A stretch of 64,000 bases of DNA from Fibrobacteria bacterium (GCA_050294405.1 JBNKOC010000012.1:640001-704000); one strand, 5' to 3'; shown: positions 1 through 11,063, counted from the stretch's first letter. Made by a program: numbers and translations. The notes: generated from the sequence alone by a model not told the origin.

Positions 1-2
1 CT

Positions 3-977
3 GGCCTTTGGATGTATATGATCCAACGGCCCTTTTCCAGAATCGCAACGGCTAGTGCAAAGCCTAAATCCATTTTTATCAACGCTATGGATACAGAGCC
101 AAACTGCGCCGACAAGCAATTTTTGTTGCAAGGAAAAGAAAATTTCTTTCAGCTTGGTATCGAGGCCCTGCACAAATTTACAGAAGGAAAAGTTTTCCTA
201 TGTTACGATGGCCTTTCTGAAAATATTTCCGACGCTGTTAAAAACGCCCAGGGCGTCGAAATACATCAGTTCTCAGGTGCCCATCCTGCAGGCAATGTCG
301 GTACCCACATCAGCAAACTCGATCCCATTTCCAAAGGAGATGTGGTGTGGCATATTAATGCGGATCACTTGGCCATTTGGGGCGAGTTTTTTTCCACCGG
401 AAAATTGCCTGTGGAGCGCACAGTTGCTCTGGGTGGTAGCCAGGTTGCAAAACCTCAATACTTTAAAACCCGCTTAGGCGCACCTCTTTCTTCAATTTTA
501 GAAGGAAATTTATCCGAAGGAGAAAACCGCATTTTGAATGGTGGCGTTTTCACAGGAAAGAGAGCCGAAGCCGATAGTTTTGTGGGCTACTACAATGCGA
601 CAGTAACTGTTCTTCCCGAAGGTCAGGGAAAAGAGTTTATTGGCTGGATGAAGCCAGGAGCAGACAAACCCAGCTTTACCCGGCTTTTTGCCTCTGCCTT
701 ATTTCCCAACAAAAAATTTAAAATGGATACCAAAATCAACGGAGAGCCCCGCGCCATTGTTGCCACTCATATTTACGATCCTTTGGTGGCTTTGGATGTG
801 CATACGGTATTTTTGGTTAAGGCCTGCCTTGCCAAAGATGTGGAACGCATGGAAGAGCTTGGCCTTTTAGAATGTGCTCCCGAAGATTTTTCACTTTGTA
901 CCTACGCCTGTGTGTCCAAGCTGGATGTAAATCAAGTTATCAAGCAAGGTTTAGAACTGCTGGAACGGGAAGGTTGA
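3..977 (+). CDS. nqrA: Na(+)-translocating NADH:quinone oxidoreductase subunit A (5'-truncated by window edge)
   Basis: Frame open from window start (GLWMYMIQRPF); GAHPAGNVG and LGLLECAPEDFSLCTYACVSK motifs; first gene of an nqrA-F run. Confidence 0.95.
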   Translation, partial: GLWMYMIQRPFSRIATASAKPKSIFINAMDTEPNCADKQFLLQGKENFFQLGIEALHKFTEGKVFLCYDGLSENISDAVKNAQGVEIHQFSGAHPAGNVGTHISKLDPISKGDVVWHINADHLAIWGEFFSTGKLPVERTVALGGSQVAKPQYFKTRLGAPLSSILEGNLSEGENRILNGGVFTGKRAEADSFVGYYNATVTVLPEGQGKEFIGWMKPGADKPSFTRLFASALFPNKKFKMDTKINGEPRAIVATHIYDPLVALDVHTVFLVKACLAKDVERMEELGLLECAPEDFSLCTYACVSKLDVNQVIKQGLELLEREG

Positions 978-980
978 TTT

Positions 981-2189
981 ATGAAATTTATTCAAAAGAT
1001 TTTAGATGATTTAGAACAAAAATCACAACCTGGTGGCCCATTACATATGGTGTGGCCCATTATCGAAGCTCAGGACACCGGACTTCGGGTTCCCGGCACA
1101 CGTACCTCCCAGGGGCCCCATGTACGTGACTTTATAAATCTTAAAAGAATGATGGCCATTGTAATTGTTACCCTTGTTCCTTGCCTTTTATTTGGCATGT
1201 ACAATGTGGGCTACCAACGGTCTTTGGCTCTGGGTCTGGAACCCAGTTTTGGATTTATGTTTTGGGAAGGTATAAAGTATTGCCTGCCCATTGTTATTGT
1301 CTCCTATGTGGTTGGCGGTTTTTGGGAGGTGTTATTTGCCTTGGTCCGCGGCCATGAAATTAACGAGGGTTTTCTGGTAACAGGTCTTATTTTTCCATTA
1401 ACATTGCCTCCTACCACCCCTCTTTGGATGGTCGCCGTTGGCGTTTCCTTTGGAGTGGTTATTGGAAAAGAAGTTTTCGGCGGAACAGGTATGAACATCT
1501 TGAATCCGGCCCTAACAGCAAGAGCTTTTTTGTTTTTTGCTTACCCTGCCCAAATGTCAGGCGATAAAGTTTGGGTTGCCGTCAACGCGGCTAAAGACTC
1601 TATTGTAGACGGCTTTTCCGGAGCATCTCCCTTAGGCATAGCTTACAGCACACTTGCCAAAGACGATGTCATCGCAAAGTTGCATGATAGGGGATACGAC
1701 CTTTTTAATTTGTTTTTTGGTTACATTCCGGGTTCCATTGGCGAGACAAGTACTTTTCTCTGCCTCTTAGGAGCCGGAGTGTTATTGCTTACCGGAGTGG
1801 GTAGCTGGCGCATTATGCTTAGCATGTTCGCCGGCGGCGCATTAATGTCCATCATAATACAATTTTTGGCAGGGCCTGATTCTTCAGGGCTTATGGATTT
1901 GCCGTTTTACTACCAACTGTGCCTGGGCGGATTTGCATATGGAGCCGTTTATATGGCTACGGACCCTGTATCAGCCGCAGCGACAGATGTAGGTAAATAT
2001 ATATATGGATTTTTAATCGGTGTTTTAGCTATGATAATTCGCTGTTTAAACCCGGCCTATCCAGAAGGCGTGATGTTGGCCATATTATTTATGAATATTT
2101 TCGCCCCGTTAATCGATCATTATGTAGTTCAGGTGAATGTGGGAAGACGACAGCGCAGATTAAAATCCAAGGGGGTGCAACATGCGTAA
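981..2189 (+). CDS. nqrB: Na(+)-NQR subunit B
   Basis: Multi-TM; HEINEGFLVT, GKEVFGGTGMNILNPAL, MATDPVSA, NPAYPEG motifs; operon position. Confidence 0.97.
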   Translation: MKFIQKILDDLEQKSQPGGPLHMVWPIIEAQDTGLRVPGTRTSQGPHVRDFINLKRMMAIVIVTLVPCLLFGMYNVGYQRSLALGLEPSFGFMFWEGIKYCLPIVIVSYVVGGFWEVLFALVRGHEINEGFLVTGLIFPLTLPPTTPLWMVAVGVSFGVVIGKEVFGGTGMNILNPALTARAFLFFAYPAQMSGDKVWVAVNAAKDSIVDGFSGASPLGIAYSTLAKDDVIAKLHDRGYDLFNLFFGYIPGSIGETSTFLCLLGAGVLLLTGVGSWRIMLSMFAGGALMSIIIQFLAGPDSSGLMDLPFYYQLCLGGFAYGAVYMATDPVSAAATDVGKYIYGFLIGVLAMIIRCLNPAYPEGVMLAILFMNIFAPLIDHYVVQVNVGRRQRRLKSKGVQHA

Positions 2190-2865
2190 TACATTTGTAT
2201 TTGCCACTCTGGTATGTTTGGTGTGTTCTGTGTCCCTGGCCACATTTGCCACTTGGTTAAAACCAAGGCAACAGTACAACTTGGAAATCGACCAAAAGAA
2301 AAATATTCTGATGGCCTTAGGACTGGTAGAATCAGGAGCAAAAGTAGAGGCTAAAGCCGTTGAAAAACTCTACGAAGATAAAGTAAAGGCCTATGTAATT
2401 GATAAATCAGGTTCTGTTCAGCCGGATATGAAACCCAATCAAATTCCAGAATCCAGTGAGCTTTTGCCTGTATTTGAACGCCAGGACAATAACTACGTAG
2501 CTTTACCTGTTGCGGGAATGGGTCTGTGGAGTCTTTTAAAGGGTTACATAGCTTTAAAAGAAGATGGCCACACTGTTGCCGGAATAACTTTTTATGAACA
2601 AGCCGAAACCCCTGGGTTGGGAGCTGAAATTTCCACAGAATGGTTTACTCAAAACTTTGTGGGAAAAGATATTCTAAATCCTAAAGGCGAGTTGGTATCC
2701 ATTCAGGTGGCTAAGGGAAAGGCGGCAGATGCCGCTGGTGTAGATATTAGCAATGTGGTGGACGGCATTAGCGGAGCTACCATGACCTGCCGTGGAGTAA
2801 CCAATTTGCTTAAAGTAGGCATGCAAGATTACCGTCCCTTTCTTGAAAATAAATGGCAAAATTAG
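2182..2865 (+). CDS. nqrC: Na(+)-NQR subunit C
   Basis: N-terminal TM, ETPGLGAEI, FMN attachment motif DGISGAT. Confidence 0.96.
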   Translation: MRNTFVFATLVCLVCSVSLATFATWLKPRQQYNLEIDQKKNILMALGLVESGAKVEAKAVEKLYEDKVKAYVIDKSGSVQPDMKPNQIPESSELLPVFERQDNNYVALPVAGMGLWSLLKGYIALKEDGHTVAGITFYEQAETPGLGAEISTEWFTQNFVGKDILNPKGELVSIQVAKGKAADAAGVDISNVVDGISGATMTCRGVTNLLKVGMQDYRPFLENKWQN

Positions 2866-2877
2866 GCCGAGGTAAAA

Positions 2878-3540
2878 ATGAGTGATTCAGAAAAAGCACC
2901 ACTTTTTGGAAAAAAAGAAAAAAAGTTATTAACAGATCCCTTCTGGAATAACAACCCAATAACCTTACAGGTACTGGGAATATGTTCAGCTCTGGCTGTT
3001 ACAACCCAAGTTCAGCCAGCTTTTATTATGGCCATATCCCTGACCTTCGTAACTGCCTTTTCAAACTTTTTTGTTTCTTTGCTTCGCAATTATATCCCCA
3101 ATAACATCCGTATTATTGTGGAACTTTCTATTATCGCCACATTGGTGATATTGGCGGACCAAACATTAAAGGCCTTTGCTTTTGACCAAAGCAAAAAACT
3201 TAGTGTGTTTGTCGGCCTGATTATTACCAACTGTATCGTACTTGGCCGTGCAGAGGCGTTTGCTTTGGCAAATAACCCCTTTCGCTCTTTTTTAGATGGT
3301 CTTGGAAATGGATTTGGCTACGGATTTATTCTTTTAGTGGTTGCTGTAATACGCGAACTTTTTGGCAGTGGCAAACTTTTTATTGGCACTCCTTTTGAAG
3401 TTTCATTGCCCAAAGCGGTTTACGATTTCGGTTATGTAAACAACGGGCTTATGGTTTTGGCTCCCGCAGCCTTTTTTCTTGTGGGTATCTTTATTTGGAT
3501 ACAGCGCTCAATTTCCACTAAACTGGTGGAGGACGAATAA
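2878..3540 (+). CDS. nqrD: Na(+)-NQR subunit D
   Basis: [31 protein letters not shown]. Confidence 0.97.
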   Translation: MSDSEKAPLFGKKEKKLLTDPFWNNNPITLQVLGICSALAVTTQVQPAFIMAISLTFVTAFSNFFVSLLRNYIPNNIRIIVELSIIATLVILADQTLKAFAFDQSKKLSVFVGLIITNCIVLGRAEAFALANNPFRSFLDGLGNGFGYGFILLVVAVIRELFGSGKLFIGTPFEVSLPKAVYDFGYVNNGLMVLAPAAFFLVGIFIWIQRSISTKLVEDE

Positions 3541-3542
3541 CA

Positions 3543-4142
3543 ATGATAAATCTTTTTATTAAATCCATTTTTGTGGAAAACATTTTATTGTCCCTATTCT
3601 TGGGGATGTGTTCCTTTCTGGCTGTTTCCAAAAAAATCAAAACAGCTACGGGTCTTGGAATAGCAGTTATCTTTGTGCTCACATGCACTGGCCCTCTTAA
3701 CTGGCTCATTAACGAAGCCTTTTTGAAAAAAGGAGCTTTGGCCTGGGCGGGAATGCCCCAATTGGATCTTAGCTTTTTACAATTCGTTTCTTTTATTGCG
3801 GTAATTGCGGCTTTTGTTCAGTTGGTGGAAATGTTTCTGGATAAATTCAGTCCCGCCTTGTATAACTCTTTGGGAATATACTTACCTCTAATCGCGGTGA
3901 ACTGCGCTATTTTAGGTGTTTCCCTTTTTATGGTTCAGCGCACTTATGACCTAAAGGAAACAACTGTATTTTCTCTTGGGTCCGGCATCGGATGGGCCTT
4001 GGCTATTATTGCTTTGGCGGCCATACGGCAAAAACTTCAGTACTCCAATGTCCCTAAATCTTTAAGAGGTTTGGGAATAACATTTATCGTAACCGGGTTA
4101 ATGGCAATGGGCTTTATGTGCTTTGCCGGAATTAGTTTATAG
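3543..4142 (+). CDS. nqrE: Na(+)-NQR subunit E
   Basis: [25 protein letters not shown]. Confidence 0.97.
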   Translation: MINLFIKSIFVENILLSLFLGMCSFLAVSKKIKTATGLGIAVIFVLTCTGPLNWLINEAFLKKGALAWAGMPQLDLSFLQFVSFIAVIAAFVQLVEMFLDKFSPALYNSLGIYLPLIAVNCAILGVSLFMVQRTYDLKETTVFSLGSGIGWALAIIALAAIRQKLQYSNVPKSLRGLGITFIVTGLMAMGFMCFAGISL

Positions 4143-4166
4143 GATTTAGAAACAGGTTAAATTAAC

Positions 4167-5381
4167 ATGGCTATAATAATCAGCGTAATTGTTTTCACAG
4201 GTGTCATTATTCTATTAGTGGCATTGCTTCAAATGGCGGAAAAGAAACTGGTCAAGCAGGGAGATTGCGAAATTGTCATTAACGGCGATTCTTCGGCAGC
4301 TCTAAAGGTTTCTGCCGGCGGCACTTTGCTTGGAGCCTTAGCTGGGAAAAAAATCTTTTTGCCTTCTGCTTGCGGCGGTGGCGGCACTTGTGCCATGTGC
4401 AAGTGTCAGGTAAATGAAGGTGGAGGCGATATTCTGGAAACAGAAAAAGGCCACATTAACAGAAAAGCCGCTAAGGAAGGATGGAGACTGGCCTGCCAGG
4501 TAAAAGTTAAAAACGACATGAAAATTCATGTGCCTGAAGAAATTTTCAATATTAAAAAATACAATTGCACGGTTCGCTCCAATAAAAATGTGGCCACTTT
4601 CATAAAAGAACTCATTGTGGATTTAGATGACGGACAGGTATTGGAATTTGAAGCAGGCGGATATATCCAGATAGATATTCCTAAATACAATATATCCTTT
4701 AAGGATTTTGATATTGAAGAAGAATATCGCGAGGATTGGGACAAGTTTAAGCTGTGGGATTTAAAAAGCAAGAACGACGAAGAAATATTTAGGGCTTATT
4801 CCATGGCCAACCATCCTGCAGAGGGAAACCGCATTATGTTAAATGTGCGTATTGCAACCCCTCCTCCAGGTACGAACTTCCCTCCGGGAATAAGTTCTTC
4901 TTATATTTTTAATTTAAAGCCTGGTGACAAGGTGGTTATGTCAGGGCCCTATGGTGAATTTTTCCAGAAAAAAACCAACAGAGAAATGTGTTTTATTGGC
5001 GGCGGTGCCGGAATGGCCCCTATGCGCTCTCATATTTTTGATTTATTCCACACCCAAAAGACCAATAGAAAAGTAACATTCTGGTATGGAGCCCGTTCTC
5101 TCAGAGAGAATATGTATGTGGAAGATTTTGAAGGTATTGCAAAGGAATTCCCCAATTTCAGTTACAATGTGGCCATGTCTGATCCTCTTCCCGAAGACAA
5201 TTGGACTGGGCCTAAGGGTTTTATCCACCAGGTAGTGCTGGAAAATTATTTGAAAGATCACCCGGAGCCAGAAGAAATCGAGTATTACATGTGCGGCCCT
5301 CCCATGATGTTAAACGCGGTTATTAATATGCTTCATGATCTTGGAGTTGAAGATGAAATGATTGCCTTTGACGCCTTTTGA
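4167..5381 (+). CDS. nqrF: Na(+)-NQR subunit F
   Basis: 2Fe-2S motif [38 protein letters not shown]. Confidence 0.98.
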   Translation: MAIIISVIVFTGVIILLVALLQMAEKKLVKQGDCEIVINGDSSAALKVSAGGTLLGALAGKKIFLPSACGGGGTCAMCKCQVNEGGGDILETEKGHINRKAAKEGWRLACQVKVKNDMKIHVPEEIFNIKKYNCTVRSNKNVATFIKELIVDLDDGQVLEFEAGGYIQIDIPKYNISFKDFDIEEEYREDWDKFKLWDLKSKNDEEIFRAYSMANHPAEGNRIMLNVRIATPPPGTNFPPGISSSYIFNLKPGDKVVMSGPYGEFFQKKTNREMCFIGGGAGMAPMRSHIFDLFHTQKTNRKVTFWYGARSLRENMYVEDFEGIAKEFPNFSYNVAMSDPLPEDNWTGPKGFIHQVVLENYLKDHPEPEEIEYYMCGPPMMLNAVINMLHDLGVEDEMIAFDAF

Positions 5382-5400
5382 TTTTTTGTTGAAATTGCTA

Positions 5401-5438
5401 AAAAATCCACTCTTTTTTAAAGGGTGGATTTTTTTTTT
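5401..5438 (+). terminator. Rho-independent terminator of nqr operon
   Basis: aaaaatccactc-tttttta-agggtggattttt hairpin followed by a long T run. Confidence 0.85.
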
Positions 5439-5497
5439 GGTAGCCGGGGATTAAGCGTGTATTTTATTGCCAATTCATCCTGTTTGGGACTTATTCT

Positions 5498-6811
5498 ATG
5501 AAAAAATATAAACTGGCCGGGGGTCGGTATTTAAAAGGAGAAATCACTGTACGTGGCGCTAAAAATGCTGTCACAAAACAAATGGTTGCTTCTCTTCTGG
5601 CTGAAGGCAAAAGCCGTCTTAAAAATGTTCCTCTAATTGGAGATGTTACTGTAACCAGCGAAATTCTCTCTTCCTTGGGATGCGGCATTGAATTTAATAG
5701 CGATATGGGAATTATGGAGCTGGATGCTTCAAAGCTTAAGGTAGGTAAAATTCCCATTGAATATTCGGGGGTAAATCGCATCCCTATATTAATGGCAGGG
5801 CCCTTGTTACACCGTTTCGGCGAGGCTAAAATTCCCATGATGGGTGGCTGTAAAATTGGAGATCGCCCTCTGAATTTCCATGTGGATGGCCTGTCTCTTT
5901 TAGGGGCAAAGGCGGATTATGAAGATAATTATTACATCTTTCGGGCGGATAAGTTACATGGAGCCCAGGTGGAACTTCCTTTTCCCAGTGTGGGTGCCAC
6001 AGAAAATATCATGATGGCTGCAGTTTTGGCTAGAGGAACTACCATTATTAAAAATGCTGCTATTGAGCCAGAAATAGTGGATTTAGCCATGTATTTGCAA
6101 AGTATGGGAGCTATTATTGCACAGGAGGTGGATAGAACCTGGACTATCCAGGGGGTAGAAAGGCTGCACCCCGCGGAACACCGTGTGATAAATGATAGGA
6201 TTGAAGCGGCTTCCTTTGCCGTATCTGCCATAGCTTCCAAAGGGGATGTCACCATAAAAGGGGCTGATCAACTTCACCTTCAAACTTTTTTAAATCTCCT
6301 AAGAAAAGCCGGCGGCGAATTTGATGTTGTGGAAGGCGGAATTCGTTTTTACGGAGTGGATTCTAAATTAGTTCCCATTGCCGCTGAAACCGGCGTGCAT
6401 CCGGGTTTAATGACCGACTGGCAGCAACCTTTGGTTATGTTACTTACTCAGGCGAATGGGGTGAGCGTTATTCATGAAACTGTGTATGAAAACCGTTTTG
6501 GTTATGTTAATGCCTTAAATAAAATGGGTGCTAAAATTCAGGTTTTTAATGAATGTCTTGGGGGCAACCCCTGTCGATTCAGGCAAATGGGATACGCCCA
6601 TTCCTGTATTATATCCGGTCCTACTCCGCTAAAAGGAACCCATATTGATATTCCTGACCTAAGAGCAGGTTTTTCTTACTTGGTGGCGGCCGTTTTAGCA
6701 GAAGGAGAATCGGTGCTATCCAATGTCGGCTATATTGAAAGGGGCTACGATAGAATTGTGGAGAAATTTAAAAGCCTGGGAGTAGATATTGAAATTATAG
6801 AGGCCGGTTAA
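5498..6811 (+). CDS. murA: UDP-N-acetylglucosamine 1-carboxyvinyltransferase
   Basis: GAKNA, GGCKIGDRP (active-site Cys), SVGATEN, HPGLMTDWQ, DLRAG, ERGY. Confidence 0.97.
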   Translation: MKKYKLAGGRYLKGEITVRGAKNAVTKQMVASLLAEGKSRLKNVPLIGDVTVTSEILSSLGCGIEFNSDMGIMELDASKLKVGKIPIEYSGVNRIPILMAGPLLHRFGEAKIPMMGGCKIGDRPLNFHVDGLSLLGAKADYEDNYYIFRADKLHGAQVELPFPSVGATENIMMAAVLARGTTIIKNAAIEPEIVDLAMYLQSMGAIIAQEVDRTWTIQGVERLHPAEHRVINDRIEAASFAVSAIASKGDVTIKGADQLHLQTFLNLLRKAGGEFDVVEGGIRFYGVDSKLVPIAAETGVHPGLMTDWQQPLVMLLTQANGVSVIHETVYENRFGYVNALNKMGAKIQVFNECLGGNPCRFRQMGYAHSCIISGPTPLKGTHIDIPDLRAGFSYLVAAVLAEGESVLSNVGYIERGYDRIVEKFKSLGVDIEIIEAG

Positions 6812-6842
6812 AATGCTTTTCTCTATAATCTAGATTACATAC

Positions 6843-8018
6843 ATGCTTTTACTCAAGGAAAGTTTATCTTCTGAAGAAAGTTTCCTTTTGGAATTGGCAA
6901 AGCATGTTGCTCTTAATACGAATGAGCCCTTAAACTCGCACCCATTGCATTCGAACCTGGACTGGGCCCGGATACAAAATCTTTCCCTGGCCCAGGGCAT
7001 GTTTCCCTCCTTTTATAAAAATTATGTTACGTCTAACGAAGGGCTCTTTGGTGAAAATTTGCTATCTCAAATTAAAGAAAAATGGAAACTTTTAAAATCA
7101 AAAAACCTGGCTATAACAGCAGAGGCAACTCGCTTATGGCAAGTGTTCGATACTAAGAAAATAAAGGCAATACCCTACAAAGGTTTCGAACTCTCCAACC
7201 ATTTATACGGAGATGAAAATTCCAGGCAATTTGATGACATTGATATTTTAATTCAGCCAGATGAAATAGAAACATTTTCCGGAGTGCTGAAAGAACTAGG
7301 GTATACAGCAAATAAAAAATTTGAAGGGCGCAAAAAAAAGGCTTATCAATTTTGGGAATGCGAGCTGGATTTTGTTCAAAAACATACAAACATAACGGTG
7401 GAACTCCACTGGGCAGTGGCTCCCAGGTATTTATCAGATAGGGCTCTCCTGGATAGATTGTGGAATGGAGAAAATATTAAAGAGGAAAAGGGAAAATTTC
7501 CACATATAATGGATCCCGAAATGTTTTTACTGTTATTAATTCACAACGGTTTAAAACACCATTTTGACAGGCTTTCAAATATTATGGATATGCTAGTGCT
7601 CTGGAAAAAAATTAACAGGGGCCCGAATAGCTTACTGTCGAAAATTAACGCTTCTAATTTGGACAAAATTTTTTTCCAGTTTAAGTTTCTTTCCATAAAT
7701 AAATTGGAGATTCCCGAAAGTCTATTTTCTTCAAATGAAAGTTTATCAAAGACTGCCTCTGTAAATAGCTCTCAAAGTAAAAATTTAAAGGATACCCGTT
7801 TGTTAGATAAAATACAGGCGGGGGAGAGGTCTTTTTATTTATGTTTATGGCAATGGAACATGCTGGAAAATTATAAGCAAAAATTCATTTATGCTTACAA
7901 ACTTTTGTTTGTTCCCAACGAATACGATTGGAAAAAGATAAATCTTAGGGATTCATTCTATCTATTGTATTATGTATTGCGGCCCTTGAGGCTATTTTAC
8001 AGCTGGGTCCTAAAATAG
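6843..8018 (+). CDS. Nucleotidyltransferase family protein (NTP_transf_5-like)
   Basis: YKG..LS..LYGD...RQFDDIDILI and VELHW motifs; C-terminal YYVLRPLRL typical of this family. Confidence 0.75.
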   Translation: MLLLKESLSSEESFLLELAKHVALNTNEPLNSHPLHSNLDWARIQNLSLAQGMFPSFYKNYVTSNEGLFGENLLSQIKEKWKLLKSKNLAITAEATRLWQVFDTKKIKAIPYKGFELSNHLYGDENSRQFDDIDILIQPDEIETFSGVLKELGYTANKKFEGRKKKAYQFWECELDFVQKHTNITVELHWAVAPRYLSDRALLDRLWNGENIKEEKGKFPHIMDPEMFLLLLIHNGLKHHFDRLSNIMDMLVLWKKINRGPNSLLSKINASNLDKIFFQFKFLSINKLEIPESLFSSNESLSKTASVNSSQSKNLKDTRLLDKIQAGERSFYLCLWQWNMLENYKQKFIYAYKLLFVPNEYDWKKINLRDSFYLLYYVLRPLRLFYSWVLK

Positions 8019-8019
8019 G

Positions 8020-10317
8020 TTACTTGTAGTAGTAACTATATCCGTATTTGTAATATTGATAATAGTATTGGTCCCAGAAAGACTTGGATACATCATTTAA
8101 GACTCCGCCCACCACTTTAGCTCCAATATGGTTGAGCTGACGAAGCACTTCTTCTCCGGCTTTCAGAGGCGTTTTTTTGCTTCTGAATACCACAAGAGTG
8201 CGGGTAACAAGCGGGGCCAAAGTCAAGGTATCCACTAACTGCAAAATAGGAGGAGAGTCGATAATGACTAGCTCATAATCTCTATAGGCCATTTTAAGCA
8301 GGCCCTGAATTTGCAATCTGGACTGAGCTTGCGTCAGGCTTAATGGGTTTTTTCCTGCGCAGATAATATCCAGGTTTTTTATTCCGGAATTCCTAATAAT
8401 TTGGCTGTATCCCATTCCACCCGATAAAAACTCGGAGAGGCCATATTCGTTTTCAATATTGAATATGTTATGTACATTATGACGGCGCAAATCAGCATCT
8501 ATAATTAATACTCGTTCTCCTTTAAGGGCGGCCGTGGTGGCCAGGTTCGCGGCTGTGGTGGTTTTACCTTCTCCCTGGAGCGCGCTGGTAACTACGATAC
8601 TTTTACTTTGCCCTTGGCCTGTTGGAAAAATATTTTCCAAAAGCCTTCGATACGGCTCGAAGTGCGGTTTGATTAATGCGTTTTCATCGCTGCCAGTAAT
8701 TAAAAGCCTATCCCCATCGATATCTTCTTTGGGAATGAGCCCCAGCAATTTGATCCCGTATTTGTTTTCCACATCTTTGGATTTTTGAACGGTAGTATCC
8801 AAATAATCAATAAGAAAACATACTCCGATACCCACAATAAGTCCTATTAAAATACTGGTTCCAAAATTGATGTAATTGTGAGGAACTAAAGCGCCTTTGG
8901 GCGCGGCGTTATCCATTTGGAATATTTCTCGTGGAGTAGCGGATTTTTTAAGCTGGGTATCCTGGAGTTTTTCCTGTAAAGTGAGATACATTTTTTCTGT
9001 GGTGGCTTTATTTCTGGTGAGCTGATTTAACTTTTGTTCCAGCTCAGGGGCCATGGCCAAGTTTTTAATGGCTTCTTCTTGAAGTTTTATCAGATTTTGC
9101 TTTTTGGATAAAAGCAATTCTCTCTGAACATTGTCTTTTTCTTTTTCATTTGTAAGTCTCTGCCACTTGGGGTTGGGCGAAAGTTTGGTGGATCCTGCGT
9201 TTTCGTTTCCACTTTTGCGGATTAAATCTTTAACTGCCAACATTTTGTCTTTAAGCTCTAAAATTTTTGGATGTTCATCCCGGTATTTTGAGGAAAGGGT
9301 GGCAAGTTCCAATTTTAAACTCATCATTTGATTGCGAAGCTCGCTGCTGTAATCCACATCCTCCACAATTTCGGACTTTGTTTCTTTTAATTCCTGCTCG
9401 CGTAAAAATTGGGCTTTGTTTATTTCCTGAATTTGAAGGTTGGTTTCGGTAATTTCAGCATCGTAATTTTTTATGGAAAGATTATTCCCCTCCCCTTTTT
9501 TGGTGTAGAAAATAGGGTTATCCTGAAAAAAGTTTTTAATAGCCCCTTCCAAAGAATCTAAAATTTCTTGCTTTTGGGACATCTGGCTGCGGATCCAGGA
9601 TTCGTAATCGTAAAACGCCTTTTGCTTTATTATCAAGTCATAATTTTCATATTCGCTGGCAATAACATTTGCCAGATATGAGGAAAACAGGGCGTCTTCG
9701 CTGGTTACCACAATGTTAATAATATTGGCATCCCGTGTTCTATCCACTTTTATCATGTTGGCAATTTGCCGTTCGCTTAAGTTGGTATCTAATTTAGCAG
9801 TGACATTTTTCAAAAACTTAAAGGACTTGATATTTTCCTTGTGGGTGGAAATGGTGTTGTCACTTATATAATCGTAGCCATAGAATGGATCCATTACCCC
9901 GGTCATGCTTATGACTCTCAGACGGGAAGTGCTTTTAAAGCTGGGGTTATGGTTCCATTTTGTAAAAAAACCAACTAGCACTACAATTATTAAACTGGCC
10001 ACCAACCAATAGCGTCTGTGCAGCACAACTCCGATGTAATCCCTAACATCAATTTTTTCACTGTCCTCATCAATACTGGAATAAGTTGTTTCCATTACTG
10101 GTACCAAATTTTGCCTTGGGCCGGAATTTATTTCTGAAAATTGTGCTTCTGCATGATTATCGGAATACACGGGCAAATGTATATTATGCTGGGGCTTATT
10201 ATTTGCAATAGGCCTATTAAACTTGGTTTTATCCCCTTTAAATGAGGTAAAACGCAATTCACCTGCAGACGGATTCTTTTGAGAATCCGAATTTTGCTGA
10301 TTTTCTTCAGATCGCAT
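8020..10317 (-). CDS. Polysaccharide co-polymerase / bacterial tyrosine kinase (Wzc/GumC family)
   Basis: Two TMs flanking a coiled coil, Walker A SALQGEGKTT, IIDADLR, VIIDSPP, C-terminal Tyr cluster YYYQYYKYGYSYYYK; start moved to MRSEEN (10317) to avoid overlap with the upstream gene. Confidence 0.9.
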   Translation of the reverse strand: MRSEENQQNSDSQKNPSAGELRFTSFKGDKTKFNRPIANNKPQHNIHLPVYSDNHAEAQFSEINSGPRQNLVPVMETTYSSIDEDSEKIDVRDYIGVVLHRRYWLVASLIIVVLVGFFTKWNHNPSFKSTSRLRVISMTGVMDPFYGYDYISDNTISTHKENIKSFKFLKNVTAKLDTNLSERQIANMIKVDRTRDANIINIVVTSEDALFSSYLANVIASEYENYDLIIKQKAFYDYESWIRSQMSQKQEILDSLEGAIKNFFQDNPIFYTKKGEGNNLSIKNYDAEITETNLQIQEINKAQFLREQELKETKSEIVEDVDYSSELRNQMMSLKLELATLSSKYRDEHPKILELKDKMLAVKDLIRKSGNENAGSTKLSPNPKWQRLTNEKEKDNVQRELLLSKKQNLIKLQEEAIKNLAMAPELEQKLNQLTRNKATTEKMYLTLQEKLQDTQLKKSATPREIFQMDNAAPKGALVPHNYINFGTSILIGLIVGIGVCFLIDYLDTTVQKSKDVENKYGIKLLGLIPKEDIDGDRLLITGSDENALIKPHFEPYRRLLENIFPTGQGQSKSIVVTSALQGEGKTTTAANLATTAALKGERVLIIDADLRRHNVHNIFNIENEYGLSEFLSGGMGYSQIIRNSGIKNLDIICAGKNPLSLTQAQSRLQIQGLLKMAYRDYELVIIDSPPILQLVDTLTLAPLVTRTLVVFRSKKTPLKAGEEVLRQLNHIGAKVVGGVLNDVSKSFWDQYYYQYYKYGYSYYYK

Positions 10318-10468
10318 TCCAGATAAATTATACCGACTCTGGAATCTACGATCCACAAATATTTGGCGAAAATGGCCTTTATCGCATTTATTGGGGTTTT
10401 TTAGAGGAGTTTGAGGCAAACCTATCAACTTAAATTGACAGGTTGGGAAGAAAATGGAATTGTAAGAA

Positions 10469-10951
10469 TTACTCTTCGGGGTATTCGCCCATGCCTTCTT
10501 CGGGAGAATCTTCTTCCATGATGGGGGCTTCGCCCTCATGAGGTTCTTCTTCTACGTTTTCAAGCTGGGTCTCTACCTTTAAAAAGTCTTCTTCAGAAAT
10601 ATCTGGGTTTCTGTGCTCCAGGCTGGGCAATGCAGAAACGATTCCTGCAAGCTTGCTTCCTTCTAATTTAATGCGAGGATTTTTAATAAGAACCTGAAGC
10701 TTTAGTGCTTTTAATTTTCTTTGGACTTCAGTTGGAACATTTCCCACTGGGTCAGTGAGTTCTCTTTTTTCAGAATCAACCAAAAAGCTTACCGCTTTCT
10801 TGTAATTGTTGGCGTTTATGGCAATGCTGAAATCCGTAAGGGTATCGATTAAGGTAGTGCCCTGCGTGGAAGAGTCCTGATTTTTTGAGGAACTGCATGC
10901 TAACACTAAGCCCAAAATGGCAATTCCGAGAATATACGTTTTAAGCCTCAT
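10469..10951 (-). CDS. Hypothetical lipoprotein with acidic tail
   Basis: Signal peptide with lipobox LVLAC; Glu-rich C terminus. Confidence 0.75.
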   Translation of the reverse strand: MRLKTYILGIAILGLVLACSSSKNQDSSTQGTTLIDTLTDFSIAINANNYKKAVSFLVDSEKRELTDPVGNVPTEVQRKLKALKLQVLIKNPRIKLEGSKLAGIVSALPSLEHRNPDISEEDFLKVETQLENVEEEPHEGEAPIMEEDSPEEGMGEYPEE

Positions 10952-11063
10952 CTTAAACCTGCTTGTTCAATTTTCAAATTAAATGGAAGTCTTCGCTCCA
11001 TTCTGGAGCTAAAATAGTTATTCTGGACAATATTTGTAAAATCACACAAAAAATTTTTGAGTT

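Noticed and set aside
6843..8018. Lasso-peptide or other RiPP cluster suggested by the nucleotidyltransferase
   Set aside because: No precursor, PqqD/RRE, B2 protease or asparagine-synthetase-like cyclase nearby
10318..10539. N-terminal extension of the 839-aa Wzc ORF
   Set aside because: Overlaps the upstream lipoprotein gene and looks non-coding; ATG 10317 has a TATAAT just upstream
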